Positions 26,963 through 36,038 of a stretch of 64,000 nucleotides of DNA are shown here, in pieces. The stretch lies in IMG/VR virus record IMGVR_UViG_3300042397_000475, positions 2,254 to 66,253 of that record; one strand, written 5' to 3'. A program made the position numbers and the translations under genes. Position 1 is the stretch's first letter, and every line of letters starts with the position of its first letter. This DNA comes from a virus. Under the pieces are notes generated by a model. The model was given only the letters and a program-made list of their open reading frames with translations. It was not told the origin of the DNA and searched no databases.

Positions 26963-27606
26963 ATTTTATCACAATCCCATATGATTTATTGGCGCGTACA
27001 GACTTGACCGCATCAGAAAAGAATCTGATGGGATTAATTCATAGTTTGTCAGCTAAGGAAGGGTATTGTTTTGCTAGTAATCAGTATTTAGCTGATGCAT
27101 TAGGAATGAAGTTATCAGGCGTAAGGAACTGCTTAACAGAACTTTATTCAAAGGGTTTAATCACTAGAGTTATCAAGAGAAAAGACAATAATGAAATTGA
27201 ATCTAGAGAGATAAAATTGGTTACCCCTCTGATGCTAGAACAACATACCCCTATGATGCCACAGCAACATACCTCTGATGCCACAGCATCACATAATAAA
27301 GAAACTAATATAAAAGAAAATAATAACTCTATTGAACGCTTCGAAGAGTTTTGGAATATCTACAATAAACGCGTAGGTAAAGAGAAGACAAAGACTAAAT
27401 GGTCTAAGTTAAAACAGAAGGAAGTAGATGCAATATTCTTAGCACTACCAAGCTATGTAGCTAGTAGAGAAGTTAAGTTTAGAAAAGACCCTGAAAGATA
27501 CCTGACTCATAGAGTTTGGGAGGATGAGATGCCAAGCGATTCGCCTGCTTCAATTCCACTATCAGCAAATAAGATAACTGAAATCATAATCCCAACTGAC
27601 TTTTAA
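26959..27606 (+). CDS. Replication initiator (N-terminal HTH, lambda-O/DnaD-like)
   Basis: GYCFASNQYLA..LG HTH; internal iterons; C-terminal FEEFWNIY..RVGK...KDPERYL..RVWEDE; directly upstream of dnaB. Confidence 0.85.
   Translation: MNFITIPYDLLARTDLTASEKNLMGLIHSLSAKEGYCFASNQYLADALGMKLSGVRNCLTELYSKGLITRVIKRKDNNEIESREIKLVTPLMLEQHTPMMPQQHTSDATASHNKETNIKENNNSIERFEEFWNIYNKRVGKEKTKTKWSKLKQKEVDAIFLALPSYVASREVKFRKDPERYLTHRVWEDEMPSDSPASIPLSANKITEIIIPTDF
27222..27335 (+). repeat. Replication origin: 3 iterons (TACCCCTMTGATGC-N5-CAACA) plus AT-rich tract inside the initiator gene
   Basis: 24-bp period repeats at 27222, 27246 and 27270, then A-rich 27293-27335; lambda-ori-like layout. Confidence 0.8.
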
Positions 27607-27608
27607 TA

Positions 27609-29030
27609 ATGAATCAAATCCACGACAAAATGCTAGAGGCTGATGTTATAGCCTACCTACTAGACAAACCACACCTTGTTAAGGATGCGGTTAAGATTAT
27701 AGGCGAAAAAGCGTTTACTGAGCCTCTGTTTATCCACTCATTTAACGCGATGGTTAAGTTTTATTTAGATAATAAGGCTTACACACGTTTTGATATTTTT
27801 AAGCGCTTAGGAGGCACGGAATACGTTAGTACAAAGGAAGCTCAATCTATCCTAACGTTAATGCCATTGGGCACTATCGAGTTGTTATCCGCGTGTCAAG
27901 ACTTGAAGTCTATTGAAAAGAAGCGTTCCTATCAGCAGTTAACTAATGAAATAACTTTTGCCCTTAACTCTGGCGAAGATGTATCAACGATACAAACTAT
28001 CATAGAGCAGGGTATTACAGGTATAGAAGACAACAACATTAATAGCGAAGTGTTTTCCCTTGGCGACGTTTACGACAACGTAATGGACAAGCTAAAGGCT
28101 AACGCAGGCAATGTAAAGTTTTCGGGAATAGATACAGGCTCAAGGAAGTTAAACTATGCGCTAGGTGGATGGCAGGAAGGAATGATTGTAGTAGCGGCTA
28201 GACCCTCTATGGGAAAAACTATCGTTGGGTTAGATTTCGCCAAAGCCTCCGCTAAGTCAGGTAAGCGCGTATTGTTTCTATCACTAGAGATGCCAAAGGA
28301 ATCGCTTCTGTATCGTTACATTTCATCTGAAGCACCTGAGTATAAGTATTCAGACATCAAGGCTAATCGTATCACACAAGAGGATGTAGCTAAGATTAGA
28401 GTGTCTAATGCTAGGGAACTTAAACGCTTGCCGATATTCTTTTACGACTCAGATAATCGGGACATCAATTACCTATCGATGGTTTTGACAACGGAGTGTC
28501 GCAAGAATAAGATAGACATTGTAGTTATTGACTATATGCAATTGATTAGAGACAATCAGATGCGTGGGCAGGATGACTTTTCTCAGGTGTCATCTGTATC
28601 CAACAAGATACAAAAGTTGACTAGGAAGTTAAACATTCCAATTATTTGCCTTAGCCAGTTATCGCGTGGTGCTGAGGGTAGAAGTGATAAGCGTCCGCAG
28701 TTATCTGATATCAGGAGTTCAGGTAACATTGAACAGGATGCGTCAGTTGTTATAGGTTTATACAGACCATACTACTACGCTCAGGCAGAGGCGAGAGCTA
28801 ACAACCAACCTGTTCCTCCTAATGATTACACCCTAGAGTTTATCTTACTTAAGAACAGGGATGGTATGACAGGTGGTGTGGTCAGGTACTGCGATGTAAC
28901 AACGAATAGAATTGCTGATGAGGAGGAGGAATTGTTTAGGTTCACGGCTATAGAGCCTGCCTACAAGAACTCTGTATTATCTAAGATGGAAGTTGATTTT
29001 GATAACGATGTAAAAATAGAACCTTTTTAA
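27609..29030 (+). CDS. dnaB: Replicative DNA helicase DnaB
   Basis: AARPSMGKT Walker A, FLSLEM, VIDYMQL, LSQLSR, RPQLSDIRSSGNIEQDA, KNRDG. Confidence 0.95.
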   Translation: MNQIHDKMLEADVIAYLLDKPHLVKDAVKIIGEKAFTEPLFIHSFNAMVKFYLDNKAYTRFDIFKRLGGTEYVSTKEAQSILTLMPLGTIELLSACQDLKSIEKKRSYQQLTNEITFALNSGEDVSTIQTIIEQGITGIEDNNINSEVFSLGDVYDNVMDKLKANAGNVKFSGIDTGSRKLNYALGGWQEGMIVVAARPSMGKTIVGLDFAKASAKSGKRVLFLSLEMPKESLLYRYISSEAPEYKYSDIKANRITQEDVAKIRVSNARELKRLPIFFYDSDNRDINYLSMVLTTECRKNKIDIVVIDYMQLIRDNQMRGQDDFSQVSSVSNKIQKLTRKLNIPIICLSQLSRGAEGRSDKRPQLSDIRSSGNIEQDASVVIGLYRPYYYAQAEARANNQPVPPNDYTLEFILLKNRDGMTGGVVRYCDVTTNRIADEEEELFRFTAIEPAYKNSVLSKMEVDFDNDVKIEPF

Positions 29031-29031
29031 T

Positions 29032-29532
29032 ATGGAAGAGATTTGGAAAAATATCGAAGGATATAATGGAGATTATCAGATTAGTAATCTTGGCAAAATT
29101 ATTAGTTATAAGAAAAAGCATCCAAGAGTATTAATTTATAAGGAAAAACACGGATACCATCAAATTCAGTTAACAAACGATTGTGGCATTAAATATGAAA
29201 GGGTTCATAGATTAGTAGCACATCATTTTATTAAACCTATTATAGATGGTTTAGTCGTTAATCATATTGATATGAATAGGCAAAATAATGTTGTAAGTAA
29301 TCTTGAGATAATTTCACACAGAGAAAATGTAATTCACGGATGGAGAAGTCGTAATAAAAGCAGTATCTACACTGGAGTTAGTAAAGTTAATCGGGGAAAA
29401 AATCCTTGGTCAGCAAGAATCCAATTCAATAAGAAATATATTCATTTAGGTTATTTTAAAACTGAGTTAGAAGCATACCAAGCGCGCGTTAACTACGAAA
29501 AAGAAAACGGCATACAAAATAAATATCTATGA
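29032..29532 (+). CDS. NUMOD4-HNH homing endonuclease with C-terminal AP2-like domain
   Basis: EIWKNIEGY.G.YQISNLG; VHRLVA.HF; VNHID.NRQNN.VSNLE; SIYTGVS...W.ARI...IHLGYF. Confidence 0.88.
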   Translation: MEEIWKNIEGYNGDYQISNLGKIISYKKKHPRVLIYKEKHGYHQIQLTNDCGIKYERVHRLVAHHFIKPIIDGLVVNHIDMNRQNNVVSNLEIISHRENVIHGWRSRNKSSIYTGVSKVNRGKNPWSARIQFNKKYIHLGYFKTELEAYQARVNYEKENGIQNKYL

Positions 29533-30305
29533 ACATATACCAAGAACTAAAGAAATTTTCTCACATCAAGTACTATGATGAACCTCATAAGTATTTTATA
29601 GGAGAACAAGAGTTAGTATCAGGCACGGGATTTCTTAAGCTATTTAAACCTGAGTTTAACGCTAAGGTAATGGCTCAGAAGTCAGCTAAGAAGCTAGGTA
29701 TTCCTGTAGAGGATGTCTTAGCAGATTGGGACTTTAAACGAGATTTCGCGGGTATGAAGGGTACGCTAGTCCACAACTTTGCGGAGAACTATTGGTTCAA
29801 TAAGATATTCCCATACAACTCTCAGGTCGTTATAGATAAGTTCGGCGAAGACCATATCAAAGAGCGTTACGATGTATGCGTTCAAATGTTTCTAGATTTC
29901 TATCGTGACTCCTCCCCTGCCCTAACGCCTATCACAATGGAGTTAGTTATTGGGGATGCAGAACTTGGGGTAGGGGGTATGGTGGATTGTTTGTTCTACA
30001 ATGAGAAACTTAAGGAGTATCAGATATGGGACTACAAGACCAACAAGCAGATACGAATGAAGTCGGACTATCGCAAGCGTTTCAAAGCACCTATCTCTTT
30101 TATAGAGGAATGTGAGTACGAGTTGTATTCGCTTCAGCTAAACCTGTACAAGTATATCATTGAGAAGAACACCAACATTAAGATTGGCAGGTTGTACTTG
30201 GTGTGGTTGTTCGAGGAGAATGAATCGTATCAGGTAATTGAATGTAAGGATTACCAATCAACAATAGAGTTAATGTTTAATAATTATAAACCAACCAAAC
30301 AATAA
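29529..30305 (+). CDS. PD-(D/E)XK exonuclease
   Basis: GTLVHNFAE, GGMVDCL, IWDYKTNK, YSLQLNLY. Confidence 0.85.
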   Translation: MNIYQELKKFSHIKYYDEPHKYFIGEQELVSGTGFLKLFKPEFNAKVMAQKSAKKLGIPVEDVLADWDFKRDFAGMKGTLVHNFAENYWFNKIFPYNSQVVIDKFGEDHIKERYDVCVQMFLDFYRDSSPALTPITMELVIGDAELGVGGMVDCLFYNEKLKEYQIWDYKTNKQIRMKSDYRKRFKAPISFIEECEYELYSLQLNLYKYIIEKNTNIKIGRLYLVWLFEENESYQVIECKDYQSTIELMFNNYKPTKQ

Positions 30306-30306
30306 T

Positions 30307-30768
30307 ATGGAAGAAATATTTTTATTTGAATCAGATATGATTCTATACGAATCAGAATTTATAAACTTTTACCAAGCTAAAGAATTAAAAGAGCTTGGAA
30401 TGAAGGTTGAAACAATAGCTGGATTTGAGCCTGAGAGCCAACATCTTGACTTATGTTATGAATATGCTTATAAGAACAATATAAACACAAGCAACTATAT
30501 TGATGCCCCTTTAATACAACAAGTATTTGAGTGGTTTAGGCGCAAGCATTTTTTAAATGCAATAATATTTAATGACGATGGAGATATTGAAGAAGCAAGA
30601 ATTAGGTTTAATTATGAAATAAGACCTATAAGGTACTCTTTTGATGACCCTGAAGAAGAATGCATTGTTGGCAATTATGAAAAATATAGAACTTATAATG
30701 AAGCAAGAGAAGCTTGTTTAAAAAAATTAATTAAAATATTAAAAAATAAAAATCTATCCAAACAATGA
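30307..30768 (+). CDS. Hypothetical protein
   Basis: 153 aa; AKELKELG...APLIQQVFEWFR...TYNEA. Confidence 0.7.
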   Translation: MEEIFLFESDMILYESEFINFYQAKELKELGMKVETIAGFEPESQHLDLCYEYAYKNNINTSNYIDAPLIQQVFEWFRRKHFLNAIIFNDDGDIEEARIRFNYEIRPIRYSFDDPEEECIVGNYEKYRTYNEAREACLKKLIKILKNKNLSKQ

Positions 30769-31052
30769 AAGACGTACTAGAAGACAAATTAGAAGACATC
30801 CTTGAGGAAGTAAAGGTTTCCCTAAGAGGTGCGTATCATCGTGGCTATGTCCACGGCGAACAAGGACAAGTCCTGATTAATCAGAAGCTATCTAATCCCA
30901 AGTTAATCCTTGGCGATTTCATCAAGTTTATCAAGAACTATAAGATGACAATGGTTGACGGAGACATCAAGTTTTCCAACAACAACTATGTTTATATGGA
31001 CGAGAATATTATAAACCTATTCTTACTCAAATACGACTATGACGCGGAGTAA
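30765..31052 (+). CDS. Hypothetical protein
   Basis: ATGA overlap. Confidence 0.65.
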   Translation: MKDVLEDKLEDILEEVKVSLRGAYHRGYVHGEQGQVLINQKLSNPKLILGDFIKFIKNYKMTMVDGDIKFSNNNYVYMDENIINLFLLKYDYDAE

Positions 31053-31302
31053 ATTAATGCTTATCAATAAGACTAAAAGGTATATTAGTTCGTTAGGATA
31101 TCTTTATTATATGGTTCCTAACGCAGGAAGCCTGATGCTTTTAAAGGAAGGTGGGGATAATAACCACTATCTAATGATTATCTTTACAGGACGCAATAGA
31201 ACGTGGGAGTATGAAAGACGCCACTTTAGTATTGGAACTCTGTATCCTGAGAAGTTTGAAGATGTCGAAAAGGGAATCTCTAAATATCTGAACAATGCCT
31301 GA
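31039..31302 (+). CDS. Hypothetical protein
   Basis: Packed ORF. Confidence 0.6.
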   Translation: MTRSKLMLINKTKRYISSLGYLYYMVPNAGSLMLLKEGGDNNHYLMIIFTGRNRTWEYERRHFSIGTLYPEKFEDVEKGISKYLNNA

Positions 31303-31492
31303 TATAGCTAAATGTTGGGGCAAGGATTGTCCACACAAAAAGAAATGCTATCGGTTCACTTCTAAAGCAAGTGAGTATCAATCTTACTTTCTAACACCGC
31401 CCATTGACAAAGATGGTAAGTGCGATTATTACTGGGGAGAAAAGTCAGAGTCTATTTGGAAACAATTAAAAGATATTATAAAAATAAAATAA
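31295..31492 (+). CDS. Small Cys-rich hypothetical protein
   Basis: MPDIAKC.G..CP.K..CYRF...QSYF...C.YYW. Confidence 0.7.
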   Translation: MPDIAKCWGKDCPHKKKCYRFTSKASEYQSYFLTPPIDKDGKCDYYWGEKSESIWKQLKDIIKIK

Positions 31493-32131
31493 ATGCCATA
31501 CTTAAATCATAACATCCCCACACTAACTTGTTTCATCCGCAACGAGTTCTTATTTAACCACACTAAAGGTCACGGAGAATACACGCTATGCGATGTACAC
31601 TCAGTAGCATCTATAGAGAAAAGAATTCCTTTGTTTGAAGCATTCTTAGAGAACGGTGTTAACTGGACACGTCGACCTATCCACGCATTCTGTTGGAGAA
31701 AAGATGCTGAAGAGCTACCACTTACAGAGTATATGTATTGGGACTGCTTTAGCTCATACGTGGATGTTCAGGTTAGGGCAAGGATGTCGGGGCTTAGGGC
31801 AGATTTAATCTCAATAACAGGCGTTAAAAGACAAGGTACTTACTTGTTCACGCTAGATTGGGCATTTGAGAACAAGGGTATGCTAGATACTAACTTCTCT
31901 GAGACTCCTGAGCACAAGTGTGGTCACGTATTTAAGATGGACAATGGCAACTATTTTATCTATCCTAACAACAGAATCATTTGGATGGATAACGCTTGGA
32001 CTTACAATCGTATTGACAAGAACCCAGGCTATCAGATTGATATGTCTGTTTACTCAATTGAGAACAAGACAAGCTATGAAACAGATTATAGTTATGTAAC
32101 TGAATTTAAAGAAGATAACAATGAAGGATAA
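31493..32131 (+). CDS. Conserved hypothetical phage protein (212 aa)
   Basis: YLNHNIP...WDCFS...YLFTLDW...EHKCGH...GNYFIYPNNR. Confidence 0.75.
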   Translation: MPYLNHNIPTLTCFIRNEFLFNHTKGHGEYTLCDVHSVASIEKRIPLFEAFLENGVNWTRRPIHAFCWRKDAEELPLTEYMYWDCFSSYVDVQVRARMSGLRADLISITGVKRQGTYLFTLDWAFENKGMLDTNFSETPEHKCGHVFKMDNGNYFIYPNNRIIWMDNAWTYNRIDKNPGYQIDMSVYSIENKTSYETDYSYVTEFKEDNNEG

Positions 32132-32345
32132 ACAAACAGCAGTAGAATGGTTAATTGAAGAATTAGGAGAATATTTTCCGCACGATATTGGAGGTATTCA
32201 TTTAATGGTTGAACAAGCCAAACAAATGGAGAAAGAGCAGATAGTGGAAGCTTGGTATAAAAGAGGCAACACAATAGTTCCAAGATATTATTTAAAAGAA
32301 AATATAAACGGAGAGCAATATTACAACGAAACATATGGCAAATAA
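32121..32345 (+). CDS. Hypothetical protein
   Basis: KQTAVEWL...QAKQMEKEQI...EQYYNETY pattern. Confidence 0.7.
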   Translation: MKDKQTAVEWLIEELGEYFPHDIGGIHLMVEQAKQMEKEQIVEAWYKRGNTIVPRYYLKENINGEQYYNETYGK

Positions 32346-32532
32346 AACAGCAATGCAACAAATGTTGGAATGGACAAGGAAAACATTCCCAATGGACTTG
32401 GATACCCCAAGGATGATTGAAGATAAGATTGAATCCTTACTAAAGGTAGAAGAGGAAGAGCACAGGAAAATTGCAAGCAAGGCAAGGGAAGATGGCTGGA
32501 AAGAGGGCAAGTATGGAGTTTCACGGTGGTAA
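32335..32532 (+). CDS. Hypothetical protein
   Basis: Packed ORF. Confidence 0.6.
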   Translation: MANKTAMQQMLEWTRKTFPMDLDTPRMIEDKIESLLKVEEEEHRKIASKAREDGWKEGKYGVSRW

Positions 32533-32540
32533 CTAATAAT

Positions 32541-32729
32541 ATGCAAAATAAATCAATCTTTTTGTACCCATATGTATTCTGGAGGAACGCATATGAAGAC
32601 CTATGGTACGCTATCCCTCGCGAACATTATAGCGATTTTTGGAACGGCAACAAAGACGTAGCTATGAAGGCGCGTTATATGGAAGACTTAGTTAAACAAT
32701 TAACCTACGACGAAGATGAAGAAGATTAA
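32541..32729 (+). CDS. Hypothetical protein
   Basis: Packed ORF; ATG at 32541. Confidence 0.6.
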   Translation: MQNKSIFLYPYVFWRNAYEDLWYAIPREHYSDFWNGNKDVAMKARYMEDLVKQLTYDEDEED

Positions 32730-32958
32730 ATTAATGCACTACAAGTCAGCTGATGGAAACGAGGTTTGCATAGTTGACTACAACGACCTTAAAGTAAACT
32801 ATTATGACAAAGCAGGAAACTACCGCTACCGATTATTGGGGGCAGTCAACGACCGAATTGAAGCTAACCTGTCCTATAACGGATGGACTAAAACGAACGC
32901 CGCCACTATCAACAAATTCAGAGATGCAGTTCAAGAGATACAACTTCAGGAGAGTTAA
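32716..32958 (+). CDS. Hypothetical protein
   Basis: Packed ORF. Confidence 0.6.
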   Translation: MKKIKLMHYKSADGNEVCIVDYNDLKVNYYDKAGNYRYRLLGAVNDRIEANLSYNGWTKTNAATINKFRDAVQEIQLQES

Positions 32959-33090
32959 AGGCTACTACATTAAACTTGGGGGAATTATATACCGCGCAGA
33001 AAAATATCAGGATGTTCCTAGAGAATTGCGCTACAATATTGTCCCCCATATTAGATTATTTGAATGGTATTTTTATAAGGTAGATGTGAG

Positions 33091-33330
33091 ATGGCAGACA
33101 ATGCAAAGAATGAAAACTATGAAAAAGCAATCCAGTGGGCTACGGAGTATATTGCGAAGAATACTGAACCTAGGGAAGTAAGGTACAAGCAGGGAGTGAT
33201 TTGCCATAGCGACATTGATATGTTGACGACCAATCTTAATAGGCTGGTTCACGCCAAAGGACGAGCGCAACAGGCATCTTATAGGCAGATAAGAGAATTT
33301 AAGATTTATTTGTCTCAAAATTTGACTTAA
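33091..33330 (+). CDS. Hypothetical protein
   Basis: 79 aa ORF before the RNA cluster. Confidence 0.6.
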   Translation: MADNAKNENYEKAIQWATEYIAKNTEPREVRYKQGVICHSDIDMLTTNLNRLVHAKGRAQQASYRQIREFKIYLSQNLT

Positions 33331-33352
33331 CAAAAACGTTTACCTATCTTTG
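33321..33352 (+). promoter_or_regulatory. Consensus Bacteroidota promoter (TTTG-N20-TATCTTTG) driving the RNA cluster
   Basis: Perfect -33/-7 match. Confidence 0.8.
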
Positions 33353-33463
33353 GGTCAGGGTTAAAAGCAGTTAGTCACCATATTACCGAATAGCACGAAG
33401 TCTCGGTGTGAGTAGGGAGGGAGCAAAACATAGTTATCTGAGTTGGTGTGAGGATAACTATAT

Positions 33464-33577
33464 AGTCAGGTGGCGGAATGGGTTGTATTAGGGGTTTCCC
33501 AGCCGATGGTATACGCTATAAATGTAATAAGTCTATAAAGCATTTATATTTTACAGGTTCGAATCCTGTCCTGACTA
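33464..33577 (+). ncRNA. tRNA-like RNA A (D-loop insertion, non-canonical anticodon arm)
   Basis: AGTCAGG/CCTGACT acceptor stem; TGGCGGAA...GGTATACGC D arm with insert; ACAGG-TTCGAAT-CCTGT T arm. Confidence 0.75.
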
Positions 33578-33702
33578 CAAAATCATTCCAATTGGTACAC
33601 GAGAGATAAAACGGTCGAGTTCAAATCTTCTTTGGGGTCTTACGAACTGAAAATGGCATTCTAGGAAGTTCAAGGATGATAACCTTGGTGATTTTAAAAA
33701 CT

Positions 33703-33789
33703 AGTCAGGTGGCAGAAATTATGGTAATGTTATAAATGTAATAAGTCTATAAAGCATTTAATGTACAGGTTCGAATCCTGTCCTGACTA
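33703..33789 (+). ncRNA. tRNA-like RNA B (non-canonical anticodon arm)
   Basis: Same acceptor stem and T arm as A; shares the identical 30-nt TATAAATGTAATAAGTCTATAAAGCATTTA arm. Confidence 0.75.
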
Positions 33790-33961
33790 CTAGGAGCCCT
33801 TTAGGCTACATTAACAGACCGACATTTTGGACTGAGATGATTAATGATAGAAGCATATTAATGGGGCTAAATTTAATTATATTGATATGTTTTGAGAGCA
33901 ATGCCTATTAACACGTAGTTGCATCATTAATAAAAATTGACTGCTGGAAAGACAGCAATTT

Positions 33962-34054
33962 AGTCAGGTAGCTTAAAGGTCATAAGGAAATTGACCCTTG
34001 AGGATTAGAGCACTCGAAAGAGATGAGGTGTGGGTTCGATTCCCACTCTGACTA
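33962..34054 (+). ncRNA. tRNA-like RNA C (anticodon arm replaced by CTC-GAAA-GAG)
   Basis: AGTCAGG/TCTGACT acceptor stem; D arm with GGTCA/TGACC hairpin insert; GTGGG-TTCGATT-CCCAC T arm. Confidence 0.72.
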
Positions 34055-34067
34055 CTAGATTTAAGAT

Positions 34068-34319
34068 ATGATAAAAAAAATAATACTAGACCGTATGAAT
34101 AATATGCGGGCTAAACTCAAAGAAGCAAACCACGAGAAGTTAACCAAGTACGTTAGCGAAGAGCGTTGCGACGAATATAAAACTCGAATCGATGAGTTAC
34201 AGTGGCTACTAAAGAAAGTAAGCCTAGCTGAAAAGAATAAATCAATTCCTGCAGACCAAGAAGAAATGACAAGAAACATTGTCGAAGAAGTAATTGGAAG
34301 GCTTTCAACTAAGATGTAA
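34068..34319 (+). CDS. Hypothetical protein
   Basis: 83 aa ORF after the RNA cluster. Confidence 0.6.
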   Translation: MIKKIILDRMNNMRAKLKEANHEKLTKYVSEERCDEYKTRIDELQWLLKKVSLAEKNKSIPADQEEMTRNIVEEVIGRLSTKM

Positions 34320-34320
34320 T

Positions 34321-34566
34321 ATGCTAGATAAAATATTAGAATACTTTAACGAAGAGACTACTTTTATTAAGGCTGACGGATTTGATGACGCTATTATTGG
34401 TCTAGAACAACAACAAATGAAGCTAGTTTACTCTGTACCTATGTGCATTGAGGTGTTAGTAAAAGATGGGATGTCCGTTGATGACGCTATCGATTATTTT
34501 GAGTTCAACGTAAGAGGTGGGCTAGGAGCTGAATCCCCTTTATTTGTTGATACAGACTGGGACTAA
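34321..34566 (+). CDS. Conserved hypothetical phage protein
   Basis: ADGFDDAIIG...VYS...DGMS.DDAIDYFEFNV.GG. Confidence 0.75.
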   Translation: MLDKILEYFNEETTFIKADGFDDAIIGLEQQQMKLVYSVPMCIEVLVKDGMSVDDAIDYFEFNVRGGLGAESPLFVDTDWD

Positions 34567-35027
34567 TGCCTAAAATAGATTTCCACCGAACAGACTGCAG
34601 AGAGTGCCACAATCCGCACGACTTAAGACTTGTTAGGAGATGTTTAGACAGAACATTCCGTTGTGAGAAATGCGGGTATCCACACCTAGTTGAGATGACA
34701 ACTAATGGATTCTTTCATCTACATAAACGAAATGAACGAAACAAGATTTACCTGCGCAAGAAGGAGATGTGGGACAACGAGGCATACTTGAATGAATTGA
34801 TTCGAAAGAAGATTAAACGTTTTTCAGGTAAGTACAATAAAGACCTGCTAAATAAGTTCTACAAAGAAGGTAAGTGGCTATGGGTATTAAAAGCCCGCAA
34901 GATGTTTATCGAGGAGGCACATATGCTAGGGATATCCGCTTGGAATATCTTTAAATTTTTTAGAAACAACGGCGGTATAATTGACCTACGAACTATACAA
35001 TCATACATAAACCAAACAACAACGTGA
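34566..35027 (+). CDS. Zinc-ribbon protein, possible regulator
   Basis: CRECH...CEKCG; basic C-terminal part. Confidence 0.6.
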   Translation: MPKIDFHRTDCRECHNPHDLRLVRRCLDRTFRCEKCGYPHLVEMTTNGFFHLHKRNERNKIYLRKKEMWDNEAYLNELIRKKIKRFSGKYNKDLLNKFYKEGKWLWVLKARKMFIEEAHMLGISAWNIFKFFRNNGGIIDLRTIQSYINQTTT

Positions 35028-35386
35028 AAAAAAGAAGAGCACTCGATGACCAAGAGATAAGAGATATGGTCGCTTATTACGCTAAGTGTCAATCACTTAG
35101 AGATTTTATTGATGAGAAGGTTGTTCCTGCAAATTTTCATTATCAGAAGGTGAAGCAGTTTACAAACTTGTTAGTTAAAGAATTGGAGAGTCAAGTTGAT
35201 TATCTAATAAAACAAAATCCAGATAGCGATATTGAAGCTATAGTTGAACAATTTGTAGATTGTTCTCAGCAAGTTGACTACCTATATGATGTATCCTTGA
35301 GGATGGAATTATTAGAAGAGGATAAGAAAATAGAGTGTGCAACTAGAGTATCAGAAATTTTTAAAGAATATGGACTTGAAAAATAG
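35024..35386 (+). CDS. Hypothetical protein
   Basis: GTG start overlapping the upstream stop. Confidence 0.65.
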   Translation: MKKRRALDDQEIRDMVAYYAKCQSLRDFIDEKVVPANFHYQKVKQFTNLLVKELESQVDYLIKQNPDSDIEAIVEQFVDCSQQVDYLYDVSLRMELLEEDKKIECATRVSEIFKEYGLEK

Positions 35387-35714
35387 TGAAGTTAAACAGA
35401 CGACTACCTTTACAGATAGTGTAGTGTTTGAAATTATCAAAGAGTTTGGAGAAAGGGCTGAGAAAGGCTATAATAAGTATGGCACAGATATGGATAGAAA
35501 AGACCTATCAGTAGCCGAATGGGCGCAACACCTTAGAGAAGAATTAATGGATGGATTAGTCTATCTTACAAGATTAAAGAAAGATATTATTAAGTTAGAA
35601 GAAGAGTTAGAAGCACACCGCAGTGACACTAAGTCCGAATCTGAAGTCAAATTTTATGATGGCGCGGAATTTGTTACATACAAATACGTTACCCAACCAA
35701 GCAAAAAGCCATAG
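35370..35714 (+). CDS. MazG-like all-alpha nucleotide pyrophosphohydrolase-like protein
   Basis: RAEKGYNKYGTDMDRKDLS..EWAQHLREELMDGLVYL. Confidence 0.55.
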   Translation: MDLKNSEVKQTTTFTDSVVFEIIKEFGERAEKGYNKYGTDMDRKDLSVAEWAQHLREELMDGLVYLTRLKKDIIKLEEELEAHRSDTKSESEVKFYDGAEFVTYKYVTQPSKKP

Positions 35715-35746
35715 TTGTTGATTTGATTTCATAAGTGTGTGTGCGA

Positions 35747-35779
35747 AAGGTAGCCTGTTATACGGGCTATCTTTTTTTT
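35747..35779 (+). terminator. Rho-independent terminator
   Basis: GGTAGCCTG-ttata-CGGGCTATC followed by T8. Confidence 0.8.
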
Positions 35780-35790
35780 ATTGTAAACTA

Positions 35791-35822
35791 TTTGTTTTAT
35801 AAAAATCAATCCCGTATATTTG
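35791..35822 (+). promoter_or_regulatory. Consensus Bacteroidota promoter (TTTG-N20-TATATTTG)
   Basis: Perfect -33/-7 match right after a terminator. Confidence 0.8.
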
Positions 35823-35842
35823 TCAAAGAAATCAATCAAACA

Positions 35843-36022
35843 ATGAGAAAAATTCGCTACAGCGACGTAGTCAGCAAGGCTGAGGTACTCGCAAATGACC
35901 CCAACAGTTACACCAGAAGAGGTGCACTTAAGTCCAGAATTGAGAGAAGAATTAATCGCCTGACAAACAGAGCAGTCTTCCTTACCCAGTTCGAACAACC
36001 AGAAGAAATTATTAACTATTAA
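35843..36022 (+). CDS. Small basic hypothetical protein (59 aa)
   Basis: ATG at 35843 downstream of the promoter. Confidence 0.6.
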   Translation: MRKIRYSDVVSKAEVLANDPNSYTRRGALKSRIERRINRLTNRAVFLTQFEQPEEIINY

Positions 36023-36038
36023 ACCAAACAAATAAAAT

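Noticed and set aside
33517-33760. Amber suppressor tRNA (CTA in the loops of tRNA-like A and B) and stop-codon recoding as in some crAss-like phages
   Set aside because: The loop is ~14 nt with non-canonical flanks; long genes are uninterrupted in code 11 and TAG is used as a normal stop (e.g. 11898, 20843)
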